Positions 1 through 11,496 of a DNA stretch of 64,000 nt are shown here, one piece after another. How positions within the stretch are numbered: position 1 is the stretch's first letter; every line of letters starts with the position of its first letter. Source of the DNA: a bacterium (GTDB taxonomy: Bacteria; Krumholzibacteriota; Krumholzibacteriia; G020349025). The position numbers and the translations under genes are program-made. The notes beneath the pieces were generated by a model, which made no database searches, was not told where the DNA came from, and worked only from the letters and a program-made list of their open reading frames with translations. The stretch spans positions 29,357-93,356 of the forward strand of contig JANLSU010000054.1 of the NCBI GenBank assembly GCA_031362565.1. Reading direction: 5' to 3'.

Positions 1-768
1 TTTGATCTGGTCGCGCAGGTTCCAGTGCGAGAGCAGGCGCATCTTGGGCGGAAACAGCCGCTTGCCGCTGCGATCCAGCACATGGTGCATCCAAATGTTG
101 TAACCGGAAATGTATTGCTCCCCGATCGACGACGCGCGCGATACTTCCTGGTTGACGTCTGCGGGGACGCGGCGCGCGAAAGAGTGCGCCAGGCGCGTTT
201 CGGCCCACTGGAGGCGCGTCCAGGCCGGCCCCTGGGTGACGCGTTCATCGAGCGTCGTCAGCGGAAAATTGAGCAGCACGACGAGCGCCAGCTTGTTGCC
301 GAAGAAATCGTCGCTCAAGTGCGCGCCGGGGTCGTAGGCGGCGAAGATCTCGTCGAACGGCAGAATCGGGCCAATGTCCAAGTCGGATTGCGAGCGGCAT
401 TCGCGGCCGATTTCCTGCAGATGGCCGTTCAATTGCTCGAGCAAATGCTCGAAGCGGTCGAACATCGCGGTGTGTGTGGCCGGGTCACCGGCGTAGTTCG
501 TGCGCACGAAGTCTTCGAAGACGGAGGCATCGCCGTCGGTGGCCCGCCAGTAGTTGCCGGTTTGATCGATGCCCTTCTCGATCCGCGCCCTCTGTCCGCT
601 GCCGTATTTCGTTGCGAGTTCGTCGGCCAGCTTGGCGCGACTCGTCCCGAACCAGTCCGGGCGCACGGCATCGGCATGCACACGGCACGCTCCTGCAAGA
701 GTGGTGAGAGCGAAGATGAGAACGACGGTTCCGAGCCTGCATGACGCAGGCAGCGTCAGTGTTTTCAT
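1..768 (-). CDS. Conserved hypothetical exported protein (3' end runs off the window)
   Basis: Not in the ORF track; read manually on the minus strand from ATG at 768: MKTLTLPASCRLGTVVLIFALTTLAGAC...KRLFPPKMRLLSHWNLRDQIK, open to position 1. Signal-peptide-like N-terminus. The + ORF 25..744 is its antisense shadow. Confidence 0.75.
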   Translation of the reverse strand, partial: MKTLTLPASCRLGTVVLIFALTTLAGACRVHADAVRPDWFGTSRAKLADELATKYGSGQRARIEKGIDQTGNYWRATDGDASVFEDFVRTNYAGDPATHTAMFDRFEHLLEQLNGHLQEIGRECRSQSDLDIGPILPFDEIFAAYDPGAHLSDDFFGNKLALVVLLNFPLTTLDERVTQGPAWTRLQWAETRLAHSFARRVPADVNQEVSRASSIGEQYISGYNIWMHHVLDRSGKRLFPPKMRLLSHWNLRDQIK

Positions 769-859
769 GCCGGGCAGACTACCGAGACCCGGGCGGAGGT
801 GCAAGTAAGTTACGCGCGCCGAAGGCGCGCGTCGGTGCGGGGTGGCGGGGCCAGGCGCC

Positions 860-3800
860 CTACCGCACCATCACCGCCTTCGTATGCACGACCTTCCCAT
901 CCGCCGCCAGCCGCACCATATAAACCCCGCTCGCAAGCGGCGTCGCCCCCGGCGGCGTCACCGGCACCCGATGCACCCCGGCCGGCAAGGAACCCCGGAA
1001 CAACGTCGCCACGTGCCGCCCCAGCACGTCGTAAATCGCCACGTCCACCGGCCCCGCATGGTCGAGCCGGAAACTTACGACCGCACTCGGATTGAACGGA
1101 TTCGGCGCGAGCCGCAGCGCCGGTCCAGGCACGAGCGGCGGGCCGTCGGACCCGGCATCGGTGGGGACCTCAATCGTCTCATCCAGCGGGTTCGAGGCCG
1201 CGCCTTCGACGCTCGCCGAATTGCGCGCCTTGACGGTGTAGCGATAGGTATCCCCCACAAGGATCGTCCAGTCCTGGATGCTGAACTGGGTCGCGGGTAC
1301 CGTGTTGAGGAGGGTGTTGGCGCCGGCGGGCAACAGCTGGCGGTACACGCGGTAGTCATTCGGCAAACCGGTGGGCGGCAAGGCCCAGGACAACGTGCCG
1401 ATCGGCTTTTTCGGCCCGCCATGCAGCAGGTCCGGCGGCGTGAAGGAACCGGTGTAGCGGACGCCGTTCGTGATCCGCACCAGATCGATGTCGCCGCTCA
1501 GTGGATCCGAGATGGCGCCGCCGCCACTGCTCGAACCACGCGCCCCAAAGCGCACCGGCTCTGGCCCCGTGTAGGGCGTGCCGGCCGTCGACGCCGACAC
1601 CGATTGCACGCCGTCCACGAAGACGCGGCTCTGAGCCGCCGCGGCATCGTAGACGCACGCCACATGGTGCCACACATTGTCGGTGATCGCCGCCGTGGAC
1701 GTCGCCTTGCGCGTCTGGCCCCCGATGTCGCGCCACGAGAATTCGATCGTGCCGTTGGTGTTGAGGAGCGCCAAGTAGTTGCGCTTCGCCGATCCTTCGT
1801 CCTTGGCGATGATGCTTTGCAGGACGCCGAGTGTCCCGCGCTTCACCCATGCCTCGATGGTGAAGGAGCCGGTGAAACGCAGTTCCGGGCTGTCAGGCAC
1901 CTGCACATAGTCGTTGGAGCCGTCGAAATGCAGCGCTTTGCCGCTGACGCCGTAAACGCGGGTCGGTTCGGCGTTGTCGCCGGCCGTAACCGAACCCAAG
2001 TAGGCGTTGTGACCAAGGCCGGTGGCATCGGCCGTCGTCGGGCCGCTCGCCTCGTCCATCTCCCACGCCGGGGCCGCATCGGCCGGCACGATCATGGTGC
2101 TCCACCCGAGGGCCTGCGGCGCACTCGGCACCGCGGGCGGCGTGTTTTCGAACGGCGACGGCACACTCCACGCATACAGCCCGGGCTGCAACAAGCCATC
2201 GACCGCTTGCACGCCGTACTCCACCATGCCATCGGGCGCCGTCAGATCCGCGTACCAGGGAGTCGGCGGCAAGGCGGTGTTCAGGACCGTCGTCGCGCCG
2301 CCATTGACCTTGCGTTCAACGCCGTAGCCATTGATGCCCGCCGGGCTCACCGGCGGTGTCCACGCCACCAGCATGTACTTGGTGCTGGCCGCCGGATACA
2401 AGAGCGGCGGGATGAAGTTACTGCTGTACAGCGCCGAATTCGTGATCGCCAGATTGTCGAGACTGCCGGTGAATTGCTTGTCGATCAAACCGTGATTCAG
2501 CAAGCCGCCGACCTGCAACTGGAACGATCCGCCGTAGGTCGCAGTCCCCAGCGATTTGGATGCGACTTGTTGGCCGTCGACGTAGATCCGCCCCTTGCCC
2601 GCCGACTTGTCCCACACCGCCGCCAGGTGATGCCACAACCCATCGCGCAGCGATTTGTTGGCGTTGACGGAAGTCGAACTGGTGTCGCTGTTCGACCAGC
2701 TGAATTCGATGTTGGGGTCCGCGATCAAGAGCCGGAATGTCCAGTGCAACGTGTCACCGCGCGTCGCGATCATCATCGAGCCGGCGGCGTTCGTCAGGTC
2801 CTCTTTGAGCCAGGTCTCGATCGTGTAGCTCGTGTTGGTGTAAGCGAAGGAGCTGCCGCTCGCGGTGACGATGTCGTCGCCGTCGAAATACAAGCCGTTG
2901 CCGACCAACCCGGCGCCCCAATGCGGTGCCGCGATACCGGCGCCGAAGGTCCCGGTGTGATTGTGTCCGGTCGCGTCCGTGACGCTGGTTCCCGTCGTCG
3001 CGTCCATCCTCCACAGCATGACGCGCGACTGTACGCCTTCGGTCACCGATTGCGCGCTCGGATCCGTAGGCGCCGGCGGTGGCGGCGGGAACCCGGCGCT
3101 CGGCGGTGTCCCACCGATGTTCGAGACCGGCCCCCAGCCGTGCCAGTACGCCTTGCTGTTGAGTGGGGCATCACAGAGCACCGCCAACGAACCGGCGGGC
3201 AGGAGGTCCTTCGTGCCACTGATGTTGTTCATGGAGAGGTTGTTGGCGCTGATGAACACCGTCGGCAGCGTGAAGAGCAAGTTGTCGAGATCCGCCTCGC
3301 GTTCCTCGATGGCGTGATTGCCCGTGCTGACGCACGTTCCCCACCGGGTGTAGAACACATAGAGTTTGTTGACCGATTCGTCGATTTGAAGAAGCGGGCG
3401 CGTACCGCAGTCGAGCCCGCTGGCGGTCGTCGTCACCGTCCAGGTCGCGTCGACGTTGCGCCTTGCGACATACACCCCATCGAAGAAATCCTTGCCGGCG
3501 ATGAAAACCCGGCCCTGTGAATCGGCCTTCATGTTGAGGTGGTCGTCGACGTTGCCGAAGCCCGAGCGCACGACCTCCGCCGGCTGCCAGGTGCCGGGCG
3601 AATCACTGTCGTTGCGCCAGCGGAATGCCACTTGGTTGCCGACTTGGTCCGACCACAGGACGCCGATCTTGTTACCGCCGAAGGCGACGATGGTCGAAAT
3701 GTCATCGGGATCGACGGTGCCGGAGAGCGCCAGCGCACTCGACCAGCTCTTGTGATCGGCGGTCGTGGTGTACAGGACTTGCGCGCGGTTGTTGCCTTCG

Positions 3801-4312
3801 TACGTCGCGAAGATTCGCCCGGTCGAATCCTTGGCGATGACGATGGTCTCGGTCCCGGGCAGCGACGGAATGTTGACCGGAAAACCCGACAGGAGCGCAA
3901 AATTGTCGGTGCCGGCGTTGTACGAGAACTTGTAGAGCTTGGGCGTGGCGGCGTCCCACGTTGCAATGAACAGATTCGTTCCATCCCACAGCACGTCATT
4001 CGTGCCGCCCTCGTCGAAGGGCACGATCGCGTTCACGACATCGAGCTTTTTGGTCCAGGTCGCCGCACTGAGCTTGTAGATGGAGAGCTTGGTCAGGTTG
4101 TTGACGCACGCCCACCACGAGTCGTTCAGCACAAAGAGCTTGGACTGCGGTTTGTCGCTCGTTCCCTTCGAGTCGAACAACAAGCTGCCTTGGGCGTGCG
4201 CTGCACGCGGCAACGTGGCAACCCCAAAGGCCAGCATCAGGGCCGGGAACGCGGCGCGCAGAAAAGCGCCGAAAGCACGGCGAAAGCGAGCTCGAACAGC
4301 AATGGATGACAT
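860..4312 (-). CDS. Large secreted protein with two LamG-like jelly-roll domains, FN3-like segments and a C-terminal FlgD-Ig/T9SS-like sorting domain
   Basis: Signal peptide ending AHA-Q; two LamG repeats (W+MDE..G..G.AL+FDG.ND...TIE.W...WHH+A.V+D...YVDG); C-terminus PNPFNPS...IYDVLGRHV...SGVYMVRL...K. Start placed at MSSIAV (4312); the ORF extends to 4411. Confidence 0.85.
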   Translation of the reverse strand: MSSIAVRARFRRAFGAFLRAAFPALMLAFGVATLPRAAHAQGSLLFDSKGTSDKPQSKLFVLNDSWWACVNNLTKLSIYKLSAATWTKKLDVVNAIVPFDEGGTNDVLWDGTNLFIATWDAATPKLYKFSYNAGTDNFALLSGFPVNIPSLPGTETIVIAKDSTGRIFATYEGNNRAQVLYTTTADHKSWSSALALSGTVDPDDISTIVAFGGNKIGVLWSDQVGNQVAFRWRNDSDSPGTWQPAEVVRSGFGNVDDHLNMKADSQGRVFIAGKDFFDGVYVARRNVDATWTVTTTASGLDCGTRPLLQIDESVNKLYVFYTRWGTCVSTGNHAIEEREADLDNLLFTLPTVFISANNLSMNNISGTKDLLPAGSLAVLCDAPLNSKAYWHGWGPVSNIGGTPPSAGFPPPPPAPTDPSAQSVTEGVQSRVMLWRMDATTGTSVTDATGHNHTGTFGAGIAAPHWGAGLVGNGLYFDGDDIVTASGSSFAYTNTSYTIETWLKEDLTNAAGSMMIATRGDTLHWTFRLLIADPNIEFSWSNSDTSSTSVNANKSLRDGLWHHLAAVWDKSAGKGRIYVDGQQVASKSLGTATYGGSFQLQVGGLLNHGLIDKQFTGSLDNLAITNSALYSSNFIPPLLYPAASTKYMLVAWTPPVSPAGINGYGVERKVNGGATTVLNTALPPTPWYADLTAPDGMVEYGVQAVDGLLQPGLYAWSVPSPFENTPPAVPSAPQALGWSTMIVPADAAPAWEMDEASGPTTADATGLGHNAYLGSVTAGDNAEPTRVYGVSGKALHFDGSNDYVQVPDSPELRFTGSFTIEAWVKRGTLGVLQSIIAKDEGSAKRNYLALLNTNGTIEFSWRDIGGQTRKATSTAAITDNVWHHVACVYDAAAAQSRVFVDGVQSVSASTAGTPYTGPEPVRFGARGSSSGGGAISDPLSGDIDLVRITNGVRYTGSFTPPDLLHGGPKKPIGTLSWALPPTGLPNDYRVYRQLLPAGANTLLNTVPATQFSIQDWTILVGDTYRYTVKARNSASVEGAASNPLDETIEVPTDAGSDGPPLVPGPALRLAPNPFNPSAVVSFRLDHAGPVDVAIYDVLGRHVATLFRGSLPAGVHRVPVTPPGATPLASGVYMVRLAADGKVVHTKAVMVR

Positions 4313-4470
4313 GGAGTGATGCTCCGACGTGCTTGGGTTCCAGGGGGGCTGGACGCTTAGTGTAACGAATCGAAACCCCTGGGCGCTATGAAGAACGACG
4401 CGAGAATCCACGCCCGGAGCGGAGTTCCGGGCATTGTGCCGAATGCCCCAATTGCCGGCCCCGGGGGATT

Positions 4471-5898
<1,428 letters not shown>

Positions 5899-6254
5899 TG
5901 CACCCCTCCAGACCCATTGGGAAGGCCCTACGGCGGCGATTTCGTTCGAGACACTAGCGCGGATCGACGTGCGCAGCCAGAAGATGGGTGAATTTCGCGC
6001 GCCCGCCGGGCGGTGCCTGGAAGCGGCGCGGGAGCGCGGCGGGTAGCGCACCGGGCGGGGCCGAGCGCCGGGACCAAGCGGGGACAAGTGCCCGGCGCCG
6101 CGGGGCTCGACGCCGGGCATACGAAACATTAACTCCGGGTGGGCAGGACGTTTGCTGTTTGATGGGGGCGCCCTTGGGCCCTCAAACGGGCTCCGGCGTG
6201 GGGTCCGGGGGCAAATGGGCAAACGGGGGCCCGACCTTACGGGCGAACGGAAGG

Positions 6255-8489
6255 ATGCCGTTGAAAGAGTTCTCCGCGGCGCTCGAGCGCGCCCAGGAAT
6301 TTCTGCGTGCAGTCCACGAGATGAACGCGCGCTACCGTGCGGGCGAAGTGCGCGTGCACGTGCCCGCGGCGCTGCTCGATCACGCCCGGCCGCTCGACGA
6401 TCTGGTCGCCGAGTCCTTGCCGGCGTCCAACGCCGCACTCGCCGCCGCGTCGCAGAGCCTCTTCTATTCGCTGCCGGTCGCTTTCGACCCCTCGGCCTCC
6501 ATTGGCCCGTACCTGGCGACCGTGGATCGCGACGCGACCGGCGCCCCCTACCGCTTCCTCGACATGGGAGCGCTCATCGCAACGCACGCCTTCGGCGAGA
6601 ATGACCCGGCCATCGTCGCGGCTGTCCTCGCGCAGTTGCCCTATGTGGTCGCGCGCTATGCCCATTCGGAATATCAGACCGTGCTGTCGCTGCGCATGAA
6701 AGCGGCGCTTGGGCGCATCGCGCCGGCCGGCACACCGCGGCATTTCGTCGTCAATACCGGCGCCGAAGCGGTCGAAAACGCCATCAAGTCGGTGCTCCTG
6801 AATCGCGTTCGCACGGCCGGCGAGGGGGATGGCGGCTTCATCATTTCGTTCGATGGCGCTTTCCACGGCCGCACCCTCGGCAGCCTGGCGGTCACGCATC
6901 GCAAGAAAGCCCGCTTGGGTTTTCCGACCTTCGACTGGCCGCATGCGCCGTTCCCCGCCGAAGAGCCCGGCGCACCGAAGGAGACACTGCGGCGCGAGGA
7001 GCGCAGCCTGTGGCGCATTTGGGAACTGCTGGTCTCCGGGCGGCTGCCGAACGCGGTCAAGAGCCGCGAGCAGTTCCGGCGTGAACTGGATGCGATCGAT
7101 GCGTTTCTGGCAGCGCCCAGCGATGCCGCGGCATTCATCGCCGAGCAGCGCGCCGCACTCACCGCCGATGTCGTGCGCCGGGCGCGGCGCGTTGCGGCCG
7201 TACTCGTCGAGCCTATCCAGGGCGAAGGCGGCGTTCGTTCGACGACCCCGCGCTTCATGCAACGCCTGCGTTTGCTGACCCGCATCTATGATGTGCCGCT
7301 GGTGTTCGACGAAGTGCAGACCGGCTGGGGTACGACGGGCCGGTTGTGGGCCCACGAACACTTCGAATTGCCGGTGCCGCCGGATGTGGTCATTTGGGCC
7401 AAGAAGGCGCAGAACGGCGTGCTCTTCGTGAGCGACGAACTGGCGACATTCTTCCAGGAAGAAAAGAAGTTCAACACGACCTGGGAAGGCGATTCGACCG
7501 GCATGGTGCGTCTCTTGGCACTCCTCGACAAGCTCGACCTCGACGATGTGCGCCGCACGAGCGATCATGCGCGCGCCGGACTCGAAGCTTTGGCGCGTGA
7601 GTACAGCGGCTTCTTGAAGGGAGTACGCGGCGCCGGTGTCATGCTGGCCTTCGATGTCGTCCGCACCGACTGGCGCGATGCGTTGCGCGAGCGCGCTTTC
7701 CGGCGCGGCCTCATCTTGCTGCCGGCCGGCGAACGCACCCTGCGCTTCTATCCGCGCCACGACACCGAGCCGTCGGCAATCGACGAAGGCTTGGCCATCC
7801 TGCGCGCCGGTGTCGAAGACGTGCTGGGTGGGCGCGTGACGCTCTCGCCGAGCCCCGGGCCCAACATTCGCGTCGGCCAATTCGAGTGCCCCATCGAAGC
7901 AGTCGAGATCGTTGATGTGACGCCGGCCAATCTCGAAGCGTGGCAGGTGCAGATCGCGACCGTCGAACAGGAACGCTACGGCGACATCGCGGCTTACCCG
8001 CCCGGCGTCCTGCGCGACGGGCAGCGGCCGCTCCTGCAACTACCAATCGATGCGTTGGAATCGACGGTGATGAATCCGCAGTCGGTGGCTATTGCGGTGC
8101 GTGACCGGGTTTCGGACCGCGTCGTCGGGTACGCGCTCGGCAGCCCGCTCGAGAACTACGACGAGGAAGGGGTCGCGAGCGACCCGCACCAGGGCGAAGG
8201 CAATACGTTCTACCTGCATGCGATGGCGATTCTGCCGTCGGTCCAGAATCAAACCGAGATCGAGAATCTGCTGCTGGAAGGCATTCGCAGCCGCGTCCAG
8301 GCGGCGGGATTCGAGTACTTGTCGACGCTCATCGAAGAGCGCATTTTTGCCGCCGGGCCGGCGTGGCTGCGCGAGGCACCAGTGCTGCTCGGCATCGACA
8401 GCTATCTGCAGAGCGGGCTGCGCTTCGTGTACGTGGCGGCGCCGGTGGAAGATCCGCTCGGGGCACCGGCCCCTGCCGCGGTTTCGTAA
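6255..8489 (+). CDS. Class III PLP aminotransferase (L-lysine 6-transaminase/GABA-T-like) fused to a C-terminal GNAT-like domain
   Basis: TGAEAVENAIK, FHGRT, EPIQGEGG, FDEVQTG, PLP lysine in AKKAQ, NTTWEG (resembles Lat). About 190 extra C-terminal residues have a GNAT-like pattern (VVGYALGSPLE...TFYLHAMAILP). Confidence 0.85.
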   Translation: MPLKEFSAALERAQEFLRAVHEMNARYRAGEVRVHVPAALLDHARPLDDLVAESLPASNAALAAASQSLFYSLPVAFDPSASIGPYLATVDRDATGAPYRFLDMGALIATHAFGENDPAIVAAVLAQLPYVVARYAHSEYQTVLSLRMKAALGRIAPAGTPRHFVVNTGAEAVENAIKSVLLNRVRTAGEGDGGFIISFDGAFHGRTLGSLAVTHRKKARLGFPTFDWPHAPFPAEEPGAPKETLRREERSLWRIWELLVSGRLPNAVKSREQFRRELDAIDAFLAAPSDAAAFIAEQRAALTADVVRRARRVAAVLVEPIQGEGGVRSTTPRFMQRLRLLTRIYDVPLVFDEVQTGWGTTGRLWAHEHFELPVPPDVVIWAKKAQNGVLFVSDELATFFQEEKKFNTTWEGDSTGMVRLLALLDKLDLDDVRRTSDHARAGLEALAREYSGFLKGVRGAGVMLAFDVVRTDWRDALRERAFRRGLILLPAGERTLRFYPRHDTEPSAIDEGLAILRAGVEDVLGGRVTLSPSPGPNIRVGQFECPIEAVEIVDVTPANLEAWQVQIATVEQERYGDIAAYPPGVLRDGQRPLLQLPIDALESTVMNPQSVAIAVRDRVSDRVVGYALGSPLENYDEEGVASDPHQGEGNTFYLHAMAILPSVQNQTEIENLLLEGIRSRVQAAGFEYLSTLIEERIFAAGPAWLREAPVLLGIDSYLQSGLRFVYVAAPVEDPLGAPAPAAVS

Positions 8490-8509
8490 CGCCCCAAGGG
8501 GAGGCAGCG

Positions 8510-10000
8510 ATGATCGACGCGCCGAACGGCATCGCCAAGATGTGGATCGGACACCGCGCCGTGGATGCTGTGAGCGGCGCGACGCTGGCGGTGGAGAATC
8601 CGGCGACGGAAGAGACGATCGCCACGGTGCCAAGGGGAGGCGCTGAGGATGTCGATCGGGCCGTACAGGCAGCGCGCGGCGCGCTGGCGGCTTGGCGGCG
8701 CGTTCCCGGTTTGGACAAAGCCAAGGTCCTGCACGAAATCGCGGCGCGCATTCGCGCCCGGTCGCACGAACTGGCGACGCTTCTGACGCGCGAGGGCGGC
8801 AAGCCGCTGATCGAGAATCTGGACGAGATCGAGTGGACGACGGCCTGCTTCGACTACTACGCGGAGATTGGCCGGCAGTCGCGCGGCAACTCGATCCCGC
8901 CGTCGTTCGAGCATCAGGTCAATTTCACGATCAAAGAACCATACGGTGTCGTGGGTGCCATCGTGCCCTTCAACTATCCCCTGCTCTTGATGGCATGGAA
9001 GGTGGCGCCGGCACTCGCGGCCGGCAACACGGTCGTCCTGAAGCCCGCCGATCTGACGCCGCTGGCGACGCTGGCGCTGGCGGACGCTTTCGCCGTATTG
9101 CCGCCGGGTGTCGTCAATATCATCACGGGCATTGGCGCCGAATGCGGCGAGGCACTCGTCACGCACCGCGACGTCGACATGATCGCCTTCACCGGTTCGA
9201 CGGCGGTCGGCAAACGCATCATGCGCTTGGCCGCCGACACTCTCAAGCCGGTCAATCTCGAGACGAGCGGCATCGATCCATTCATCGTCTGCGAGGATGC
9301 GGATGTCGAGATTGCGGCGCGCGGTGCGGTGTGGGCGCGGTATCTGAACGCCGGACAGGTATGCACCTCGGCCAAACGTTTCTATATCGTGGATGCCATC
9401 GCCGACCGGTTCGTCGAGCGCTTCGTGGAGTTGGCGCGCGAGGTGCGGGTCGGCGATCCGTTGCGTCCTGAAACCGACATGGGGCCGCTCATTTCGCGCC
9501 CGGCGCTCGAACGCGTCCAGGCGGCGGTGGCAACCGCGGTCGGCGAAGGCGCGCGTTTGTTGGCCGGCGGCGGCCGGATGCCCGGCATGGCGCGCGGGCA
9601 TTTCTTTGCGCCGACGGTGCTGGACGGGGTGCTGCACGGCAGTTCAACGACGCGCGAAGAGATTTTCGGCCCGGTGGCCGCGATCGTCCGGGTGCGCAAC
9701 GTCGAAGAGGCGATCGCTTGCGCCAACGACAGTCTGTACGGCTTGGGCGCCAATATTTATACCAAGAGCTTGCAATACGTGATGCAGGCCATGGAAGAGA
9801 TCAAGGCCGGCACCTTCTGGGCGAATGACCCGTTGACGGACAACGAGGCGGGCCCCTTCGGCGGCATGCGCCAGAGCGGCTTTGGACGTGAACTCGGCGA
9901 AGAAGGTCTCGATGCGTTCCGTGAGCCCAAGCACGTGCACATCGACTGGCTGCAAGAGCGCAAGAGCTACTGGTTCCCGTACGCCGATCGCAAGGCGTAG
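8510..10000 (+). CDS. Aldehyde dehydrogenase family protein
   Basis: PFNYP, LKPA, FTGST, variant LETSG, GQVC, EEIFGP, PFGGMRQSG. GGAGG RBS. Confidence 0.93.
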   Translation: MIDAPNGIAKMWIGHRAVDAVSGATLAVENPATEETIATVPRGGAEDVDRAVQAARGALAAWRRVPGLDKAKVLHEIAARIRARSHELATLLTREGGKPLIENLDEIEWTTACFDYYAEIGRQSRGNSIPPSFEHQVNFTIKEPYGVVGAIVPFNYPLLLMAWKVAPALAAGNTVVLKPADLTPLATLALADAFAVLPPGVVNIITGIGAECGEALVTHRDVDMIAFTGSTAVGKRIMRLAADTLKPVNLETSGIDPFIVCEDADVEIAARGAVWARYLNAGQVCTSAKRFYIVDAIADRFVERFVELAREVRVGDPLRPETDMGPLISRPALERVQAAVATAVGEGARLLAGGGRMPGMARGHFFAPTVLDGVLHGSSTTREEIFGPVAAIVRVRNVEEAIACANDSLYGLGANIYTKSLQYVMQAMEEIKAGTFWANDPLTDNEAGPFGGMRQSGFGRELGEEGLDAFREPKHVHIDWLQERKSYWFPYADRKA

Positions 10001-10022
10001 GACTTCCGAACGGAGGACGCGC

Positions 10023-11495
10023 ATGACGACGCTCCCCATGTATATCGATGGGCAGTTCGTGACCGGCAGCGACGTGTCGCAGGACATCGTGAATCCGGCG
10101 ACAGGTAAAGTCGTCGCGCGCGCCGCGCGCGCGACTGCCGGCGAAACCGCCGCCGCCATCGACGCCGCCCGCCGCGCCTTCGATTCCGGCCCGTGGCCGG
10201 CCGCCACCGCCATGAAACGCGGCCAAGTTCTGCTCGAGATTGCCCGGCGCATCCGCGACAACGCCGTCGAGCTGGCGCGGCTCGAATCCGAAAACATGGG
10301 CAAGCCGATCGTCGAATCGGAGTTCGACGTCGCCGATACCGCGACGTGCTTCGAGTACTACGGCGGGCTCGCGACCAAGATCACCGGCGACGTGAACCCC
10401 GTGCCCGACGATGCTCTGTCGCTCACCCTCAAGGAGCCGGTGGGTGTCTGCGGCCAGATCATCCCGTGGAACTATCCGCTCTTGATGGCGGCGTGGAAGA
10501 TCGCGCCGGCCTTGTGCGCCGGCTGCACGGTCGTGCTCAAGCCGGCGGAAGCGACCCCCATGACGGTGCTCGCGTTGGGGCGCATTCTCGATTCGATCGA
10601 GGATTTGCCCAAGGGTGTCGTCAATATCGTCACCGGCGATGGACCGGTCGTGGGCGCCGCGTTGGCTTCGAGCCCGCGCGTCGACAAAGTCGCCTTCACG
10701 GGGTCAACGGCGACGGGACGCACGATCCTGCGCGCCGCGGCCGATTCGAATCTCAAGAAGGTGACGTTGGAGCTGGGCGGCAAGTCGCCGAACATCTTCT
10801 TTGCCGACGCCGGCTGGGAAGCGGCCGTTGATGGCGCCCTGTTCGGCGTGTTCATCAATCAAGGTGAAGTGTGCTCGGCCGGATCGCGCATTTTGGTCGA
10901 GCGTTCGATCCATGCCCGGTTCGTGGAAGCCTTGGTCGAGAAAGCGCGCACGATCCGGCTGGGCGACCCGATGGATCGCGCCACCAAGATGGGCCCGCTC
11001 GTGACGGCGGCGCATCGCGCCCGGGTTCAGGGCTACGTCGAGCAGGGCAAGCGCGAAGGCGCCCGCATGGTGTTGGGTGGCAGCGGCACGTTCCCCGGCG
11101 GTGCCTTCGAACACGGTGCTTGGATGCTGCCGACGATCTTCGACGGCGTGACGCCGGAGATGAAGATCGCCCAAGAGGAAATCTTCGGGCCGGTGGTGAG
11201 CGTGTTGCCGTTCGATGATGAAGAAGACGCGATCGCGCTCGGCAATGCCACGGCCTACGGTTTGGCGGCCGCGGTGTGGACGCGCGACATTTTCCGCGCT
11301 TTCCGCGTCGTGCGGCGCTTACGGGCCGGCGTCGTGTGGGTGAACCACATGCAGCCGACGTATGTCGAAGCGCCGTGGGGCGGCATGAAGATGAGCGGCG
11401 TCGGCCGCGAACTCGGCCGCTACGGCATCGAGGGCTATCTCGAGCTGAAGCAAGTGCACGTGAATTTGAGCGAAACACCGATCGGCTGGTATTGA
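10023..11495 (+). CDS. Aldehyde dehydrogenase (betaine/aminoaldehyde dehydrogenase-like)
   Basis: PWNYP, FTGST, LELGGKSP, GEVC, EEIFGP, PWGGMKMSG. GGAGG RBS. Confidence 0.93.
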   Translation: MTTLPMYIDGQFVTGSDVSQDIVNPATGKVVARAARATAGETAAAIDAARRAFDSGPWPAATAMKRGQVLLEIARRIRDNAVELARLESENMGKPIVESEFDVADTATCFEYYGGLATKITGDVNPVPDDALSLTLKEPVGVCGQIIPWNYPLLMAAWKIAPALCAGCTVVLKPAEATPMTVLALGRILDSIEDLPKGVVNIVTGDGPVVGAALASSPRVDKVAFTGSTATGRTILRAAADSNLKKVTLELGGKSPNIFFADAGWEAAVDGALFGVFINQGEVCSAGSRILVERSIHARFVEALVEKARTIRLGDPMDRATKMGPLVTAAHRARVQGYVEQGKREGARMVLGGSGTFPGGAFEHGAWMLPTIFDGVTPEMKIAQEEIFGPVVSVLPFDDEEDAIALGNATAYGLAAAVWTRDIFRAFRVVRRLRAGVVWVNHMQPTYVEAPWGGMKMSGVGRELGRYGIEGYLELKQVHVNLSETPIGWY

Positions 11496-11496
11496 G

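Noticed and set aside
842..3520. 892-aa + strand ORF, and similar long overlapping ORFs such as 6237..8039 -, 31040..32545 -, 44934..46574 + and 55910..57451 +
   Set aside because: Antisense shadows of well-supported genes; Arg/Pro-rich, without motifs, and expected in high-GC DNA.
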